A stretch of DNA of 64,000 bases from assembly GCA_030390025.1 (NCBI GenBank), contig CM059432.1, positions 52,764,001 through 52,828,000 on the forward strand, read 5' to 3'. Origin of the DNA: Squalus acanthias (lineage: Eukaryota). A program made the translations under genes and the position numbers. The notes beneath the pieces are model-generated. The model was not told where the DNA came from. It made no database searches and saw only the letters and a program-made list of their open reading frames with translations. This document shows, piece after piece, positions 50,544 to 62,644 of this stretch (its first letter is position 1; the number at the start of each line of letters is the position of its first letter).

Positions 50544-53500
50544 ATATCTCTGCAATTGTGGATAGTGTGCTTGGAAGGCCTGTCAGTATATCACTTTGTT
50601 TTCTGGCACTCCTCACTGGTTATCCTTTTCATCAACGGCCTCCAGGGTACAACATTTTTGTCCAGCTGAGCAGTGCTCGGAGAGGGCTGTGCCCTCCGAC
50701 GCGGACTCTCGACAGTTGTTCCTGCCACCACTGTCTGTTCTTGCTCACTTGTGAAGTGTGAGTCACCAGGGGAAAACCTGTCTAACTGGTCCCACCGAAG
50801 TGTGAGTATCTGAGCTGGTGCCTAGTAAGCATGAGTCCCGTGACGGTGCACCCTCAAGGATTCAGCTCCTCTGATGATTCGTCATCCGCGAGGCCCATGG
50901 ACTCCTGCTGTACACGTGAAGGGCCTGTCAAAGAGAAAAGATATGAATTAGTACTGGCAAGGTAAGAATGTTGCAACTTATTATGAAGATGATCATATTT
51001 CACTCGCTGCTGAAATCAATCAAGTCAACATGACTGAATGTTGTATGACATGTGTGTGCATTATATTTCATTCTGTCAACAGATAGCTGGGAGGTCCCCA
51101 TCTCCGATGGCCGGGGATGCTGAGATGCCACTGATCTCCAGCGCTTCCTCCTCTGCAGTTGTCAGTTGTGAGATCAGTGGAGGCCCACCTCTGGTCCTCT
51201 CCTTCTTCTTTGTGTTTTGCGCTTTCTTCTTCTGCAACGGGGGAAACAGCAGACCCATGAGTGACTGTAATGTCATGTGTTCACCCAATGGATGCAGTGC
51301 ATTTGGTGAGGGTGACTATCAGGGAGAGGCAACAAACTGCATAAGGATGATGGTGAGTGGCAGTGGTGGATGAATAGATGAGAGTGTGAGGAAGTGCACA
51401 GAAAGAGAATGATGGGTGCGCTTGCAAGGTAAGTGGGTTTGAGGAGTGATGTGATGGAGTAGGCTTGACAAGGCAGAGTTGGGGTGGGGGTGGGGGGTGG
51501 CTATGCGCAGAGCAGGATGTAGGTGAATGTGCAACTGTAATCACCTTTCCTGACCTGCTTAGGTCATTAAAGCGCTTCCTGCACTGAATCCAGGAGCATG
51601 GCACAGTGCTCCAACTGCTGACCTCCTCGGTCACCTCCCGCCACACCTTCTTTGTGGCAGCAGCAGGTTTCTTCCTCCCATTGCTGGGGAAGAGTATCTC
51701 TCCTCACCACCCCCAGCAGTACATCAAAAGAGGCATCATTAAAGTGGGGCGCAGCCTTTGACATCCTGAATCCATTGTCAAAGTTCTTCCTCTTCTGTTT
51801 CCAACTCCTCCAAATTCCATCTTTGGATTGGCCCTTTAAATACTAGAGTTGAGATCGCGTCATGCGGGTCCGCACCATATCCGCTGCTGCGCAATCGACG
51901 CCAAACCCAGAAGTAATATGATGATGAGGTGCTTGCATTAAAATGCCGCAGACAGATGCGCTGAACTTAATTCCAGGTTTTCCAATGCACCTTGGAGTTA
52001 TTTTCGGGGCCCTTGTTTGATGAGTTGCTCTTACACCAAGCTCAAGACAAAGACCACTGTAATTTTACACATGGCCTCTTATCTTCTTTAATGGCTGTAG
52101 GCAAACAGCTCACATCTGCTCTTATCATATATACACTCCGCCCATAGGCACTCAAGGGCAAAATAAATCGAATCAGAAACTGCAGCCAAGGCCTCAATTG
52201 TAAAGATCTCAGGGATTTGACCGAGCTGCATTTCATATACAAATATAACATGATGCAGGATGAAACCTTGCATCCATTACAGTAGTAACCTGTGTATTGT
52301 GCGAACAAATGATACAGTGGAATTTATAGAAAGCATGGTTGGGATTGGGATATATGGCTGGAGAAAACCACGGTTTCAGAAATGAGAATATCTTTGGCAA
52401 TTTATATTCAGGTTAGCTCAGTTAGCTGCATTCACATGGTAAAGTGGAAATATTCATACACAGTAGAACTGAATCGAATTTGTTGCATAAAGCAGTAAAA
52501 GGGTGTTTTATGCATATTTTGAATTATTACCCAATTTTCTTACACAATTTTCCACTGGTGGTTATTACAGTTCACTCATGGAAGCAAACTCAGGACAGTA
52601 CTCCTTGACTAGCTTTAGAATCTGGTCTGATTTGTGTTCAAGTAATCCCAGATTACATCCAGTTACTTTGTAGGTAGCAGGTTGAACGTAGCATTAGCAA
52701 GTGTGAACTTTACCAATATGTGATATTTCCCAAATTGTAACCTGCCTGATTCTCTGCATGAACTAATTGGAATGCAGTAATGGACAGGGAAAATACATTT
52801 CCATTCAATGGCAACATTACACAAAAGTGCAATTACACAGTCAAAGGATAATCCTACCAGCAAGATAAAGAAAGAGATATTGTAAGATTCTCAAAATTCA
52901 CAGATCCCCCAAAACTCGAAAACAAACCCAAAGGAAAAAGACTTTGGACTCTTTTCTAACTATTTCAGGGTGGTGGAATGCATTGGGCCTAACCGCAGGA
53001 CATTTTAGAGCAAAAACCAAGATTTGGTATTTTAAAAGACATGTCTGGACTTGTAAGGGAGAAAAGGCTGTAAAGGAAGGTGGGCTCAACCTCTGTAAAG
53101 ACAGTTTGGATATTGGAGTTAATGCAAACTGTCTGGGGAACCACATGACCTCGCTTGGAGTTAAATCGGCCCCTATCAGACATTAACATCCTAACAATAG
53201 ACCCGAGGAAGAGCAGTCCCCACCCAAATTACAGGACCCATCAAAACATGCATAAAACAGATCACTTTGACCCACTCTATAGAAATCCCAGGCCCAGTCA
53301 AGAAACTCACAATGTGAGAACAATCAGCTACAATCAAGCAAGCAGATCGACAGGATGGAGCTATCCCGAAACCACTTCACACATTTACAAACAGGTTACT
53401 GTTAACGAGCCCGCCAAATCTTACAATAAACTGGGATTGATTGGGAGGCCCCAATTAGTATAATTGAGGGCCTGTTTTCTCAAGAAGTCAGTTCAGCAGT

Positions 53501-53598
53501 TACAACAAGTTCTCTACAAGTTCAAGGGTGGAGCAGTTACACAGTTACAACAGAAAGGAGTTCTCGAGTACAACCATACACAGTTCAACAGAAACAAG

Positions 53599-54064
53599 CC
53601 TCGGATCTGCGGGTTAGCGTTCTCCAAGGCGGCCTTCGAGACACATGACAACGCAAAATCATCGAGCAGAAACTGATAGCCAAGTTACGCACCCATGAGG
53701 ACGGCCTCAACAGGGATCTCGGGTTCATGTCACGCTACAGAACATGACTCGACATCGTTGTCTGTTTTTCCAGTTTAAAAAAAAAAGTGAAAAGCTTAAC
53801 TGCAGACGGCAGCATTTGACACGTTGGACCCCCTGTGACCCACCTCATTGTCTTAGCTGTACTCTGATGTGTCTTTGATGTAATGCCTCCCTAACAGATT
53901 GTATCTCTGCAGACACATTGCTCTCTGTATATATATATACTGTGTAATCGATTTGTATTCCCTCACTGTACCTGTACCTGAAGAAGGAGCAGAGCTCCGA
54001 AAGCTCGTAATTTTAAATAAAACTGTTGGACTATAACCTGGTGTTGTGCGACTTCTCATTTTTG
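53599..54064 (+). mobile_element. PLE family A fragment (GIY-YIG end plus pseudo-LTR, no tail)
   Basis: Similar to 35245-35723; 14-bp TSD TCAACAGAAACAAG (53585-53598, 54065-54078). Confidence 0.9.
53975..54009 (+). ncRNA. Minimal hammerhead motif (family A variant)
   Basis: uac-CUGAAGA-a-ggagc(aga)gcucc-GAAA-gc-UC-gua. Confidence 0.75.
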
Positions 54065-56324
54065 TCAACAGAAACAAGTTCAACAAGCAAGCAGCAAGGA
54101 GTTCAGCAAGCAGCAAGGAAGCAGCTCTCCAGTACAACCGTTCAGCAGTTACGTGTCCAGCCAGGAGGTCGACAGCTCGAAAACAAGACCGTTCAACAAA
54201 GGAGGCCAACAGCTCCAGAAGTAGGCCGACACGCAAGAAGAGACCAGAGCGACCGCCTCAGTGACCATCAGACACGTCACGGCAACAAGGGCCTTACGAA
54301 ACTTTTTACTTAAAAAGACTCTAAACCCTACCTCTAACCAAAGAAAAGTGGGTACTCACCCGATAAATCCAATCCAGCGAACCCCGAAACCGCGAACCAG
54401 CTCAACTGTCAAGGATTCGTTTGGTGAGCATTATCCCTGGTTCTCCAGACCCCAACTTAGCTAGTAAAGTGGGATTGGGAGGGGTGAGGTATTCTTCAAA
54501 TGTGATTTTCCCTCGTATGTACCGAAGTGTTCCCCATTTTATTAGAGTGTTAAGATTGTTGTGTTATGTTTTTCTCTCTTGAATAAAGATCAAAAGTTCT
54601 TGCATCAAAACCAGTTGTCTGTTGCACTTCTATCACAACCCCCAAATAAGTCCAAGGTCTAGAACCAAGGGAGTGGGAGCGATTCGAACCGCTCAGAAGT
54701 CAAAGGGGAAGCTGACACACACCACCACCCCTACAATATATAGAGAAACAGTTTGGCCATTCACTTACTGGTAGGATTATCCTTTGTATTACAATATATA
54801 TATCTTAGAGAGAGAGCACATAAATAATCTTTTCACAAAACCAGAAGAATGGAAAACACAAGGATGTAAAATATAAATCACAATCTCTGCCTGGCAGCTT
54901 ATTATTATTGTTATAAATAATTGGACAATCACATGAGCACTGTTGAAAGGCAAGTTGGTATTTGAGCCTGTAAATCTTAAGAGGTTGTGTCAAGTGTTTC
55001 CACTCTTACCCGAAACCTAAATTCTTAGTATCAAAACAGAATCTATACATGCGCACACTCTTACACATTGATAAAAAATGCTGTTTTCTTGGTATGTTAT
55101 GGGAATTTGTTGGGGAAAAATTGTTAGTTTAAAATAAGAAATTCCATAAATTAACCAGCTATAAAATGATCATTATACCTATGGGATAAAAGTGTGAACT
55201 GATAAGAATCTATTAATTAAAAGGAGAGCCTGCTAGAAAAACCTTTAGTCCTGAATAACTAGATCCATGGTTAAGATCATAATCCTATTAATTTGTGCCA
55301 GCTGAATGGCTTCAGGTGGAAGATGTTCAGTTGAGCAAAAATAAAATTGCCAGTTCATATTTACAAAATTTAGCTGGAAGGGAAACCAACGTAAATAGGG
55401 AGTAAATCTACTCTGGTACCAGTGGTAATTAGTGCATATGTTAAATGTGTATTAATCTTAAACAGTTATGAACATTTGCCCACACTGCTAAAATGACTCC
55501 TGTGAGCAAACAGCTGTAACACTTGTTTATGCACTGACCCTGTTAGAGGTGCTTTTGCTTGTTAAGTTCAATTTGAAAAATTTCCCCCTAATATCCTAAA
55601 GCTTAGCCTTTAAAGCTGCCATTGAAACTGTGGGAAGACAGGAAAATACACAGTGGCCTGAACCAGACTGTGCCAGCATGTAGTCGGGAAGCTGAGTCAA
55701 ATGCTTGAGTGGCAAAGGTAGTGTAAAGGAACCCAGGTTGCCCTGATGACAATCAACCTATTAGCATGTTTTAATTTAATTAAATATTTTGATACAATAC
55801 AGGCATTTAAATTGTGGCTCTAAAAAAGGTGTCTGAGCATCAGGGATATTTACAGGTGTGTCAAAATGGCTCACTTTAAACCGAGCACAGAAGTTGGATT
55901 TTGCTGCATCAAGTTCTGGAATGCTTGAACTTCATTAATTTATACTGTCAGTAATGAAAAAGTAATAATTTTAGAAACATCATGATTAAGTACTTAAGCT
56001 CAAGACATCCATTGACCGCCAGTATTTAATTGCATTTCCTGTGTATGAGGGTGCAACATTTTACACTCCGAGCACACATCTTTCTGTTGAGATGATTTCA
56101 TCCAGACAGTTTTGAACAATGACAGACATGTTCCGTGCATTGGTACATAAGTATTTTGTAGTTGGTGATCATGTTGTATGGAAAACGCAGAAAGGCATGC
56201 TTTCAAAAATAAATTTATGATTGTCTCAGCGTGCTAAAATGCTGCAGCCTATCAACATATTCAGCCAATGCACTCCAGCAATCAAAACAGAGAATAGAAC
56301 AACATGACTAAAACAGTAGAACAG

Positions 56325-56830
56325 AATGCAGAGGAGGTCGTAATCAAACTGTACAGTACTCCGGTCAGAATGCACCTTCAGGTCACCAAGAAATAAGGGA
56401 GACATTCAAGAGCTACAGGCAGCGCAGGTAAGAGCTACCAGGCTGATCCTTAGCATAAAAGGTCTGAGTTATGAGGAAAGACAGGACAAATTTGGGCTTT
56501 TCAGTCTGGACTTGAGGTGCCCAAGGTGATCTTAGAGAAGCATACTTGATAGTTAATGGAAAAGGTAAATCTGGAGTATTACTTTAAATTGTTAGGGGTG
56601 TACAGGGAACATACGTTCAAACTAGGTAAATTTAAGACTGATAACAGGAGATTCTTCTTCACTCGAGTGATCCAACATATACAGTGGACTTCCAGATAGA
56701 GTAGTGGAGGAAAAAACACTGGAATCATTTAAGGAACAATTAGACACTGTAATTGAAGGAATGTAGGGTCTTTCTGGCTGAACTAAGAGGGGCCAAATGA
56801 CAGTCTTCATCCATCACTATTTGGTAATCT
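56325..56830 (+). mobile_element. Old degenerate CR1 3' region
   Basis: Remnants 'ggtctgagttatgaggaaagac' (GLSYEER) and 'ttcttcactcgagtg'. Confidence 0.6.
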
Positions 56831-56849
56831 TGTGAATTATTTTAAAGGA

Positions 56850-57266
56850 AGAATTTGCATTTATACAGCACCTTTTACAACTTTACATCCAATTAAGTAC
56901 TTTTTTTCCCCAAAGTGCAGCCACTGGTGCAATGTAGGGAAATGCAGCAGCCAATTTGCACACAGCAAGGTCACATAAACAGCAATGAGATAAATAACCA
57001 ATTAAACTGTGTTAGAGGTAAGCTTGAAGGATAAATGTTGGACAGTGCACCGGGAGAACTCTCTTGGTCTTCTTTGAATCATGCCATGGGATCTTTTACA
57101 ACCACCTGAGGGTAGACAAGACGTCGATTTAACATCTCATCCAAAAGACATCTCTGACAATGCAGCACTCCATTGGACTGTCAGCCGAGATTTTGTGCTG
57201 AAGTACTGGAGTGGGGCTTGAACCCACAATCTTCTGACTCAGAGGCAAGAGCGAACCACGGCTGAT
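56850..57266 (-). mobile_element. Deu-SINE (SacSINE1-like), near full length
   Basis: tRNA-like head (gggttcaagccc B box on -), central conserved domain 'ttggatgagatgttaaa..gtaaaagatcccatggca', L2-like tail tgtataaatgcaa. Confidence 0.8.
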
Positions 57267-57587
57267 ACTATCATGCACACAAAATAGCATTAGCCAACTT
57301 CGCAGGTTTGGAATAATTAATTTATGATTAGCACTTGAACAAGTGACTGAGTGACTTCTGGTCACACCATGAGTGTTGCTGCTTAAGAAAGTTTCTCAAG
57401 CTGTTAGACTTTTAACCAAAAATTGCACCAGCAGCAGAATATAATAGGGTAAAATATATGGAATATGCCCATCAAACACCACCCCCCGAAGATAACAGGT
57501 GTTATAGGCCCAACAAGATTAGGACCCACAACAGAAAACACTGAAAAAACTCAGCAGGCCAGGCAACATCCGTGGAGAGAGAAACAG

Positions 57588-57623
57588 AGTTAACGTTTCA
57601 GGTCGAAACCCTTCGTCAGAACT
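57588..57623 (-). ncRNA. Minimal hammerhead motif (family B, inverted arm)
   Basis: aguu-CUGACGA-ag-ggu(uucg)acc-u-GAAA-cg-UU-aacu; palindromic stem III ACGU, UUCG-capped stem II. Confidence 0.75.
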
Positions 57624-58098
57624 GAGAAAAAAGCAGGAAATGAAACAGATAAAAATGCAAGGGGGAGGCTGGGGGGAGGAATAAAAGAACAAAAGGGGTG
57701 GTCTATGGTAAGTAGAGACATTAAGAGATGCTCAAGGCAAGACGAGATGGTAATAGGACAGGTTAAGAAACAAAAGGTGCTCAGAAGTGTGAAGTGTGAA
57801 ATGCTGGCAGAATGAAGACAGCTGCCGTGGGGGGAGAGAGAGAAAAAAAAGGGAAAAGGCACAAACCAAAAGGGTGGATAAAATGTATATATATATATAT
57901 ATATATGTGGTAGAGGTCGAGGTTATGATCTGAAATTGTTGAACTCGATATTGAGTCCGGAAGGCAGTAAAGTGCCTAATCGGAAGATGAGGTGCTGTTC
58001 CTCGAGCTTACGCTGAGCTTTCGTGGAACAATGCACGAGGCCGAGGACGGGGAGGTCTGAGTGGGCGTGGAGAGGTGAATTAAAATGACAAGCAACCA

Positions 58099-60004
58099 TT
58101 ACTTTTCATTGCTAACTGCCGCCGTGACATCGGCCATCTCAATTTCTCTGCTCCCCTCACTCACTCCAACCTACCTCCCTCTGAACTTGCAGCACTCCAT
58201 TCTCTCCGATCCAACCCCGACATTGTCATTAAACTTGCTGACAAGGGTGGTGCTGTTGTTGTTTGGCAAACCGACCTCTACCTACCGGAAGTTGAACGGC
58301 AACTCTCCGACACCTCCAACTGGACCATGACCCCACTACCGAACATCAAGCCACCGTTTCCAAGACCGTCACTGACCTCATCTCCTCTGGAGATCTTCCC
58401 CCCACGGCCGCCAACCTCATAGTTCCCCAACCCCGCACAGCCCGCTTCTACCTCCTTCCCAATTTCCACAAACAGGACTGCCCCGGTAGACCCATCGTTT
58501 CAGCCTGTTCTTGCCCCACGGAACTTCTCTCTTCCTATCTCGACTCTATTTTTTCTCCCCTTGTCCAGTCTCTTCCCACCTACATCCGCGATTCCTCTGA
58601 CGCCCTCCACCCCTTTAACAGTTTCCAGTTTCCTGGCCCCAACCGCCTCCTTTTCACCATGGACGTACAATCCCTCTACACCTCCATCCCCCACCAGGAT
58701 GGCCTGAGGGCGCTCCGCTTCTTCCTTGAACAGAGGCCCAACCAGTCCCCATCCACCGCCACCCTCCTCCGCCTGGGTGAACTTGTTCTCACATTGAACA
58801 ACTTCTCCTTTGACTCCACTCATTTCCTCCAAATCAAAGGTGTTGCTATGGGTACCCGCATGGGTCCTAGCTATGCCTACCTTTTCGTGGGATATGTGGA
58901 ACACTCTTTGTTCCAGTCCTACTCGGGTCCCCTCCCTCACCTCTTTTTCCAGTACATTGATGACTGTATCGATGCCGTTTCTTGCTCTCACCCTGAACTA
59001 GACAATTTCATTCACTTTGCCGCCAATTTCCACCCTTCCCTCACCTTCACATGATCTATCTCCGACTCTTCCCTTCCCTTCCTCGACTTCTCCATCTCCA
59101 TCTCTGGGATAGGTTATTGACCAATGTTCACTACAAGCCCACTGACTCCCACAGCTACCTGGACTACACTTCCTCCCACCCCGCCTCCTGTAAGGACTCT
59201 ATTCCCTTCTCCCAGTTTCTCCGTCTCCGCCGCATCTGCTCTGACGATGCCACCTTCCATACCAGTGCTTCCGACATGTCTTCCTATTTCCTCAACCAAG
59301 GATTCCCCTCTACCATGGTCGACACGGCCCTCGACCGCACTTCTGCCCTCACCCCGGTCCCTCCCTCCCGGAACCACGATAGAGTTCCCCTTGTCCTCAC
59401 CTTTCACCCCACCAGCCTCCACATTCAACGGATCATCCTCCGCCATTTCTGCCACCTCCAACGTGATCCCACCACCAAACGTATCTTCCCCTCACCTCCC
59501 CTTTCAGCATTCCGCAGGGACCGCTCCCTCCGAGACACCCTAGTCCACTCCTCTATCACCCCCAGCACCCCTTCCCCCTCGCCCGGCACCTTCCCGTGCA
59601 AGCGCAGGAGATGCAACACCTGCCCTTATACATCCCCCCTTCCCACTCTCCAGGGCCCCAAACACCCCTTCCAGGTGAAACAGCGATTTACTTGTACTTC
59701 TTGCAATCTAATATACTGTATTCGCTGCTCACGATGTGGTCTCCTCTACATTGGGGAGACCAAACGTAGATTGGGTGACCGCTTTGCGGAACACCTCTGT
59801 TCAGTCCGTAAGGGGAACCCCGAGCTTCTGGTCGCCTGTCACTTTAATTCACCGCTCCACTCCCACTCAGACCTCACCGTCCTCGGCCTCCTGCATTGTT
59901 ACACGGAAGCTCAGCGAAAGCTCGAGGAACAGCACCTCATCTTCCGATTAGGCACTTTACAGCCTTCCGGACTCAATATCGAGTTCAACAATTTCAGATC
60001 ATAA
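58099..60004 (+). pseudogene. PLE RT plus GIY-YIG ORF, disrupted
   Basis: ADKGGAVV, MDVQSLYTSI, GVAMG, YIDD, CKRRRCNTC and LIYCIRC..YIGET; stop and frameshift near 59052-59110. Confidence 0.9.
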
Positions 60005-60298
60005 CCTCGGCCCCTACCACATATATATATATACATTTTATCCCCCCTTTTGGTTTGTGCCTTTTCCCTTTTTTTCTCTCTCTCTCTCCCCCACGGCAGC
60101 TGTCTCTCATTCTGCCAGCATTTCACACTTCACAATTCTGAGCAACTTTTGTTTCTTAACCTGTCCTATTACCATCTCGTCTTGCCTTGAGCATCTCTTA
60201 ATGTCTCTACTTACCATAGACCACCCCTTTTGTTCTTTTATTCCTCCCCCCAGCCTCCCCCTTGCTTTTTAATCTGTTTCATTTCCTGCTTTTTTCTC

Positions 60299-60334
60299 AG
60301 TTCTGACGAAGGGTTTCGACCTGAAACGTTAAAT
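60299..60334 (+). ncRNA. Minimal hammerhead motif (family B, body), stem I mismatch
   Basis: As 57588-57623, but the stem I 3' strand is aaau instead of aacu. Confidence 0.7.
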
Positions 60335-60584
60335 CTGTTTCTCTCTCCACGGATGTTGCCTGGCCTGCTGAGTTTTTCCAACGTTTTCTGTTGTTGTTTC
60401 AATTTTCCAGCATCCGCAGTATTTTGCTATTAAGATTAGGACCCAGTTATCTTCTGGGATGGGCTGGAATTTCCTCCAGCTAAACACAGAAGATCAAATC
60501 CTCCACCTTCAGTCCGTCACACAAACTATATATCCTTGCAAATGACTACACACTCCTTACTTGTCACTATTTCAGGCTGAACTA

Positions 60585-61256
60585 GACTGATCGCAACCTC
60601 AGCCTCCTATTTGACCAAGATGACCTTTTGACCCCATATTTTTTCAGTCACAAAGATCGCCTCCTTCCACCTGCTACCTCAGCTCATCTGCCGCTAAAAC
60701 CCTTATCCACACTTTTATCACCTCCAGATTCGACAATTCTAATAGTCCCCTGGCCTCCTTTCGCTGTAAACTTCAGCTCATCCAAAACTCTCTCTGCTTG
60801 TATTTTATCCAACATCAAGTCTGATTTGCCCATGAACCCAGTTCTCACTGTCCTGCATGGGCTCCCAGTTTCCCAATGCCTTAAATTTTAAATCCTCATC
60901 CTTGCATTTAAATCCCTTCATGCCCTCTCCCCCACCCTATCTCAGTAACTTCCTGCAGCCCAAACTCTCCACTACCGGCACAGGGCTATTGTACATCCCA
61001 ACCTCCTTGGTCTCACCACAGGCAGTTGTGCCTTTAGACACCTGGCCCCATGCTCTGGGCTTTCCACCCTAAACCCCTCAACCTCCCTTATCTCCTTTAA
61101 GACTCACCTTAAACTGTAACTCTTTGACTAAGCTTCTGGTCACCCCCTTACAATATCTCCTTCTTTGGTTTGGTGTCTATTTTTCTGATTGCATCTGTGA
61201 TGAACATTGGGACATGTTTCCATGTTAAAAGCACAATATAAATGCAAGTTGTTGTT
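60585..61256 (+). mobile_element. L2 LINE 3' fragment
   Basis: Parallel to 28030-28697 (ctcatccaaaactct, LHGLPVSQCLKFK, tail atataaatgcaagttgttgt). Confidence 0.8.
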
Positions 61257-62644
61257 TAATGAAAAAGAGCAACAAGACAATAGCCAACACTTCCTCCTTC
61301 TAAAATTACCTGACCACCCACCCTGCCACAGTTCTGAGGAATATAACCACAGGAACTGGGACTGACCTTAGGCAATCCCAGCTCACCAAGACTGGGTAAC
61401 AAAAGTTCACAAAACGCTCTCAACATAATATATATAGAAGTCTCTAAACTCCATGTTGCAAGCACCCCAAAAGGGCACTGCTTGGACATGCTGGAATCCA
61501 GCCTGATTGAGGGACATAACTATCTTCCAGAAATGAGAACCCATGTGACTTATGTACAGAATAGATCAGGAGATGAATACAAAAATAGACAATTGCGGTG
61601 GGTGTGGGGGGTGGTTGGGGGGCTTGGGATGGTGTCATTATTACAACTCTGCATTTGTTGACATTTCCCTCATCTGGGCACCTACAATCTTTACTGGACC
61701 GTGAAAACCAACTGAATCTAACCCTGGACTGAGCAGACAGGACATTTATCCCCATACTTTCATATTCAAAATCCTCCAGGGGGTTTGCGGATCTAGTCCA
61801 CAAACAAAATTAATCATGGTCCAGCCAAGAGCCAAATGGCAACTGTACCTTCACGGACACTGAACTTCAACTTTTGCCAACCACTCCCCTAAACAACTGC
61901 AGAGATGCAAGGCATGTGATGGCAACTAAGCTTTCCAAATCAAGGCATTGGGTACAAGATGCTATACCTTTCCAAATGTAAAGCCCTGACAGAAGATTGT
62001 TCATACCCTTTCAACACCGGAGGCTGACAGATCCTTCCAGAACCACAAGGACACAAGGACTTTCATTCCCATAGGTCATCCTCCCCACCCCATCCTGAAA
62101 TTGGCAACACTACAAATGCCGAGGTGAAACCAGAATAACTTTGGTGTAGGCCAAAGTAACCCCCAGCACTATCCACCACCCAGAAACACTGCAACACTCC
62201 TAATGCAAGACTCAACTGTTTCAGTCCATAATACCCCACCAGGGCAACAGCACCCAAGTGGTGAACACATCCGTCCTTGGACAACCACAATAATGCTTCA
62301 GGCCAAGCCTAAAACTCCAAATACTTTCCCCAGAACTCTCCATGTGTGGCACAGGAACTGTGACCTCAGCTCCGCTGCAACCTGCTGAATAACCTTACCT
62401 AAATTTCTGAACTTAAACAACCAGAACCAACCCACAGGTAATGCTCCAAGTCCGGGTAAGACCATCATTTCTCTGTATAAATTTATGTATAGCAGCTGAA
62501 AATAAACTGTTGCTGGGCGACTTTCTCCATTAGTTATCACAAAGTATTCATGTACGCATTGGCCCATTAACCAACACCAAAGCAGGCGGGAGGGAGAGTG
62601 AGCACTAAATTGATCTTTGGTGACTCAGTAACAAAAAACTTTTG

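Larger units (their letters stand above)
46317..52010. mobile_element. PIF/Harbinger transposon (decayed autonomous type) with nested CR1s
   Basis: Left end GGGGGGAATTTTAAC; transposase on +, Myb/SANT exons on - (51764-51545, 51232-51100, down to ~48250); right end approximate. Confidence 0.8.
52881..54735 (+). mobile_element. Solo LTR (probably Gypsy-type) containing a PLE insertion
   Basis: Termini TGTA...TACA with 4-bp TSD ATAT (52877-52880, 54736-54739); AATAAA at ~54582; no internal gag/pol. Confidence 0.7.
57529..60431 (+). mobile_element. Penelope-like element, Neptune type (family B), 5'-truncated with inverted arm
   Basis: 14-bp TSD AAGATTAGGACCCA (57515-57528, 60432-60445); ~570-bp inverted arms 57529-58098 / 59829-60393; 38-nt tail. 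Confidence 0.95.

Noticed and set aside
61260..62640. A/C-rich stretch suggestive of a decayed retroelement
   Set aside because: No recognisable protein motif, termini or TSD.
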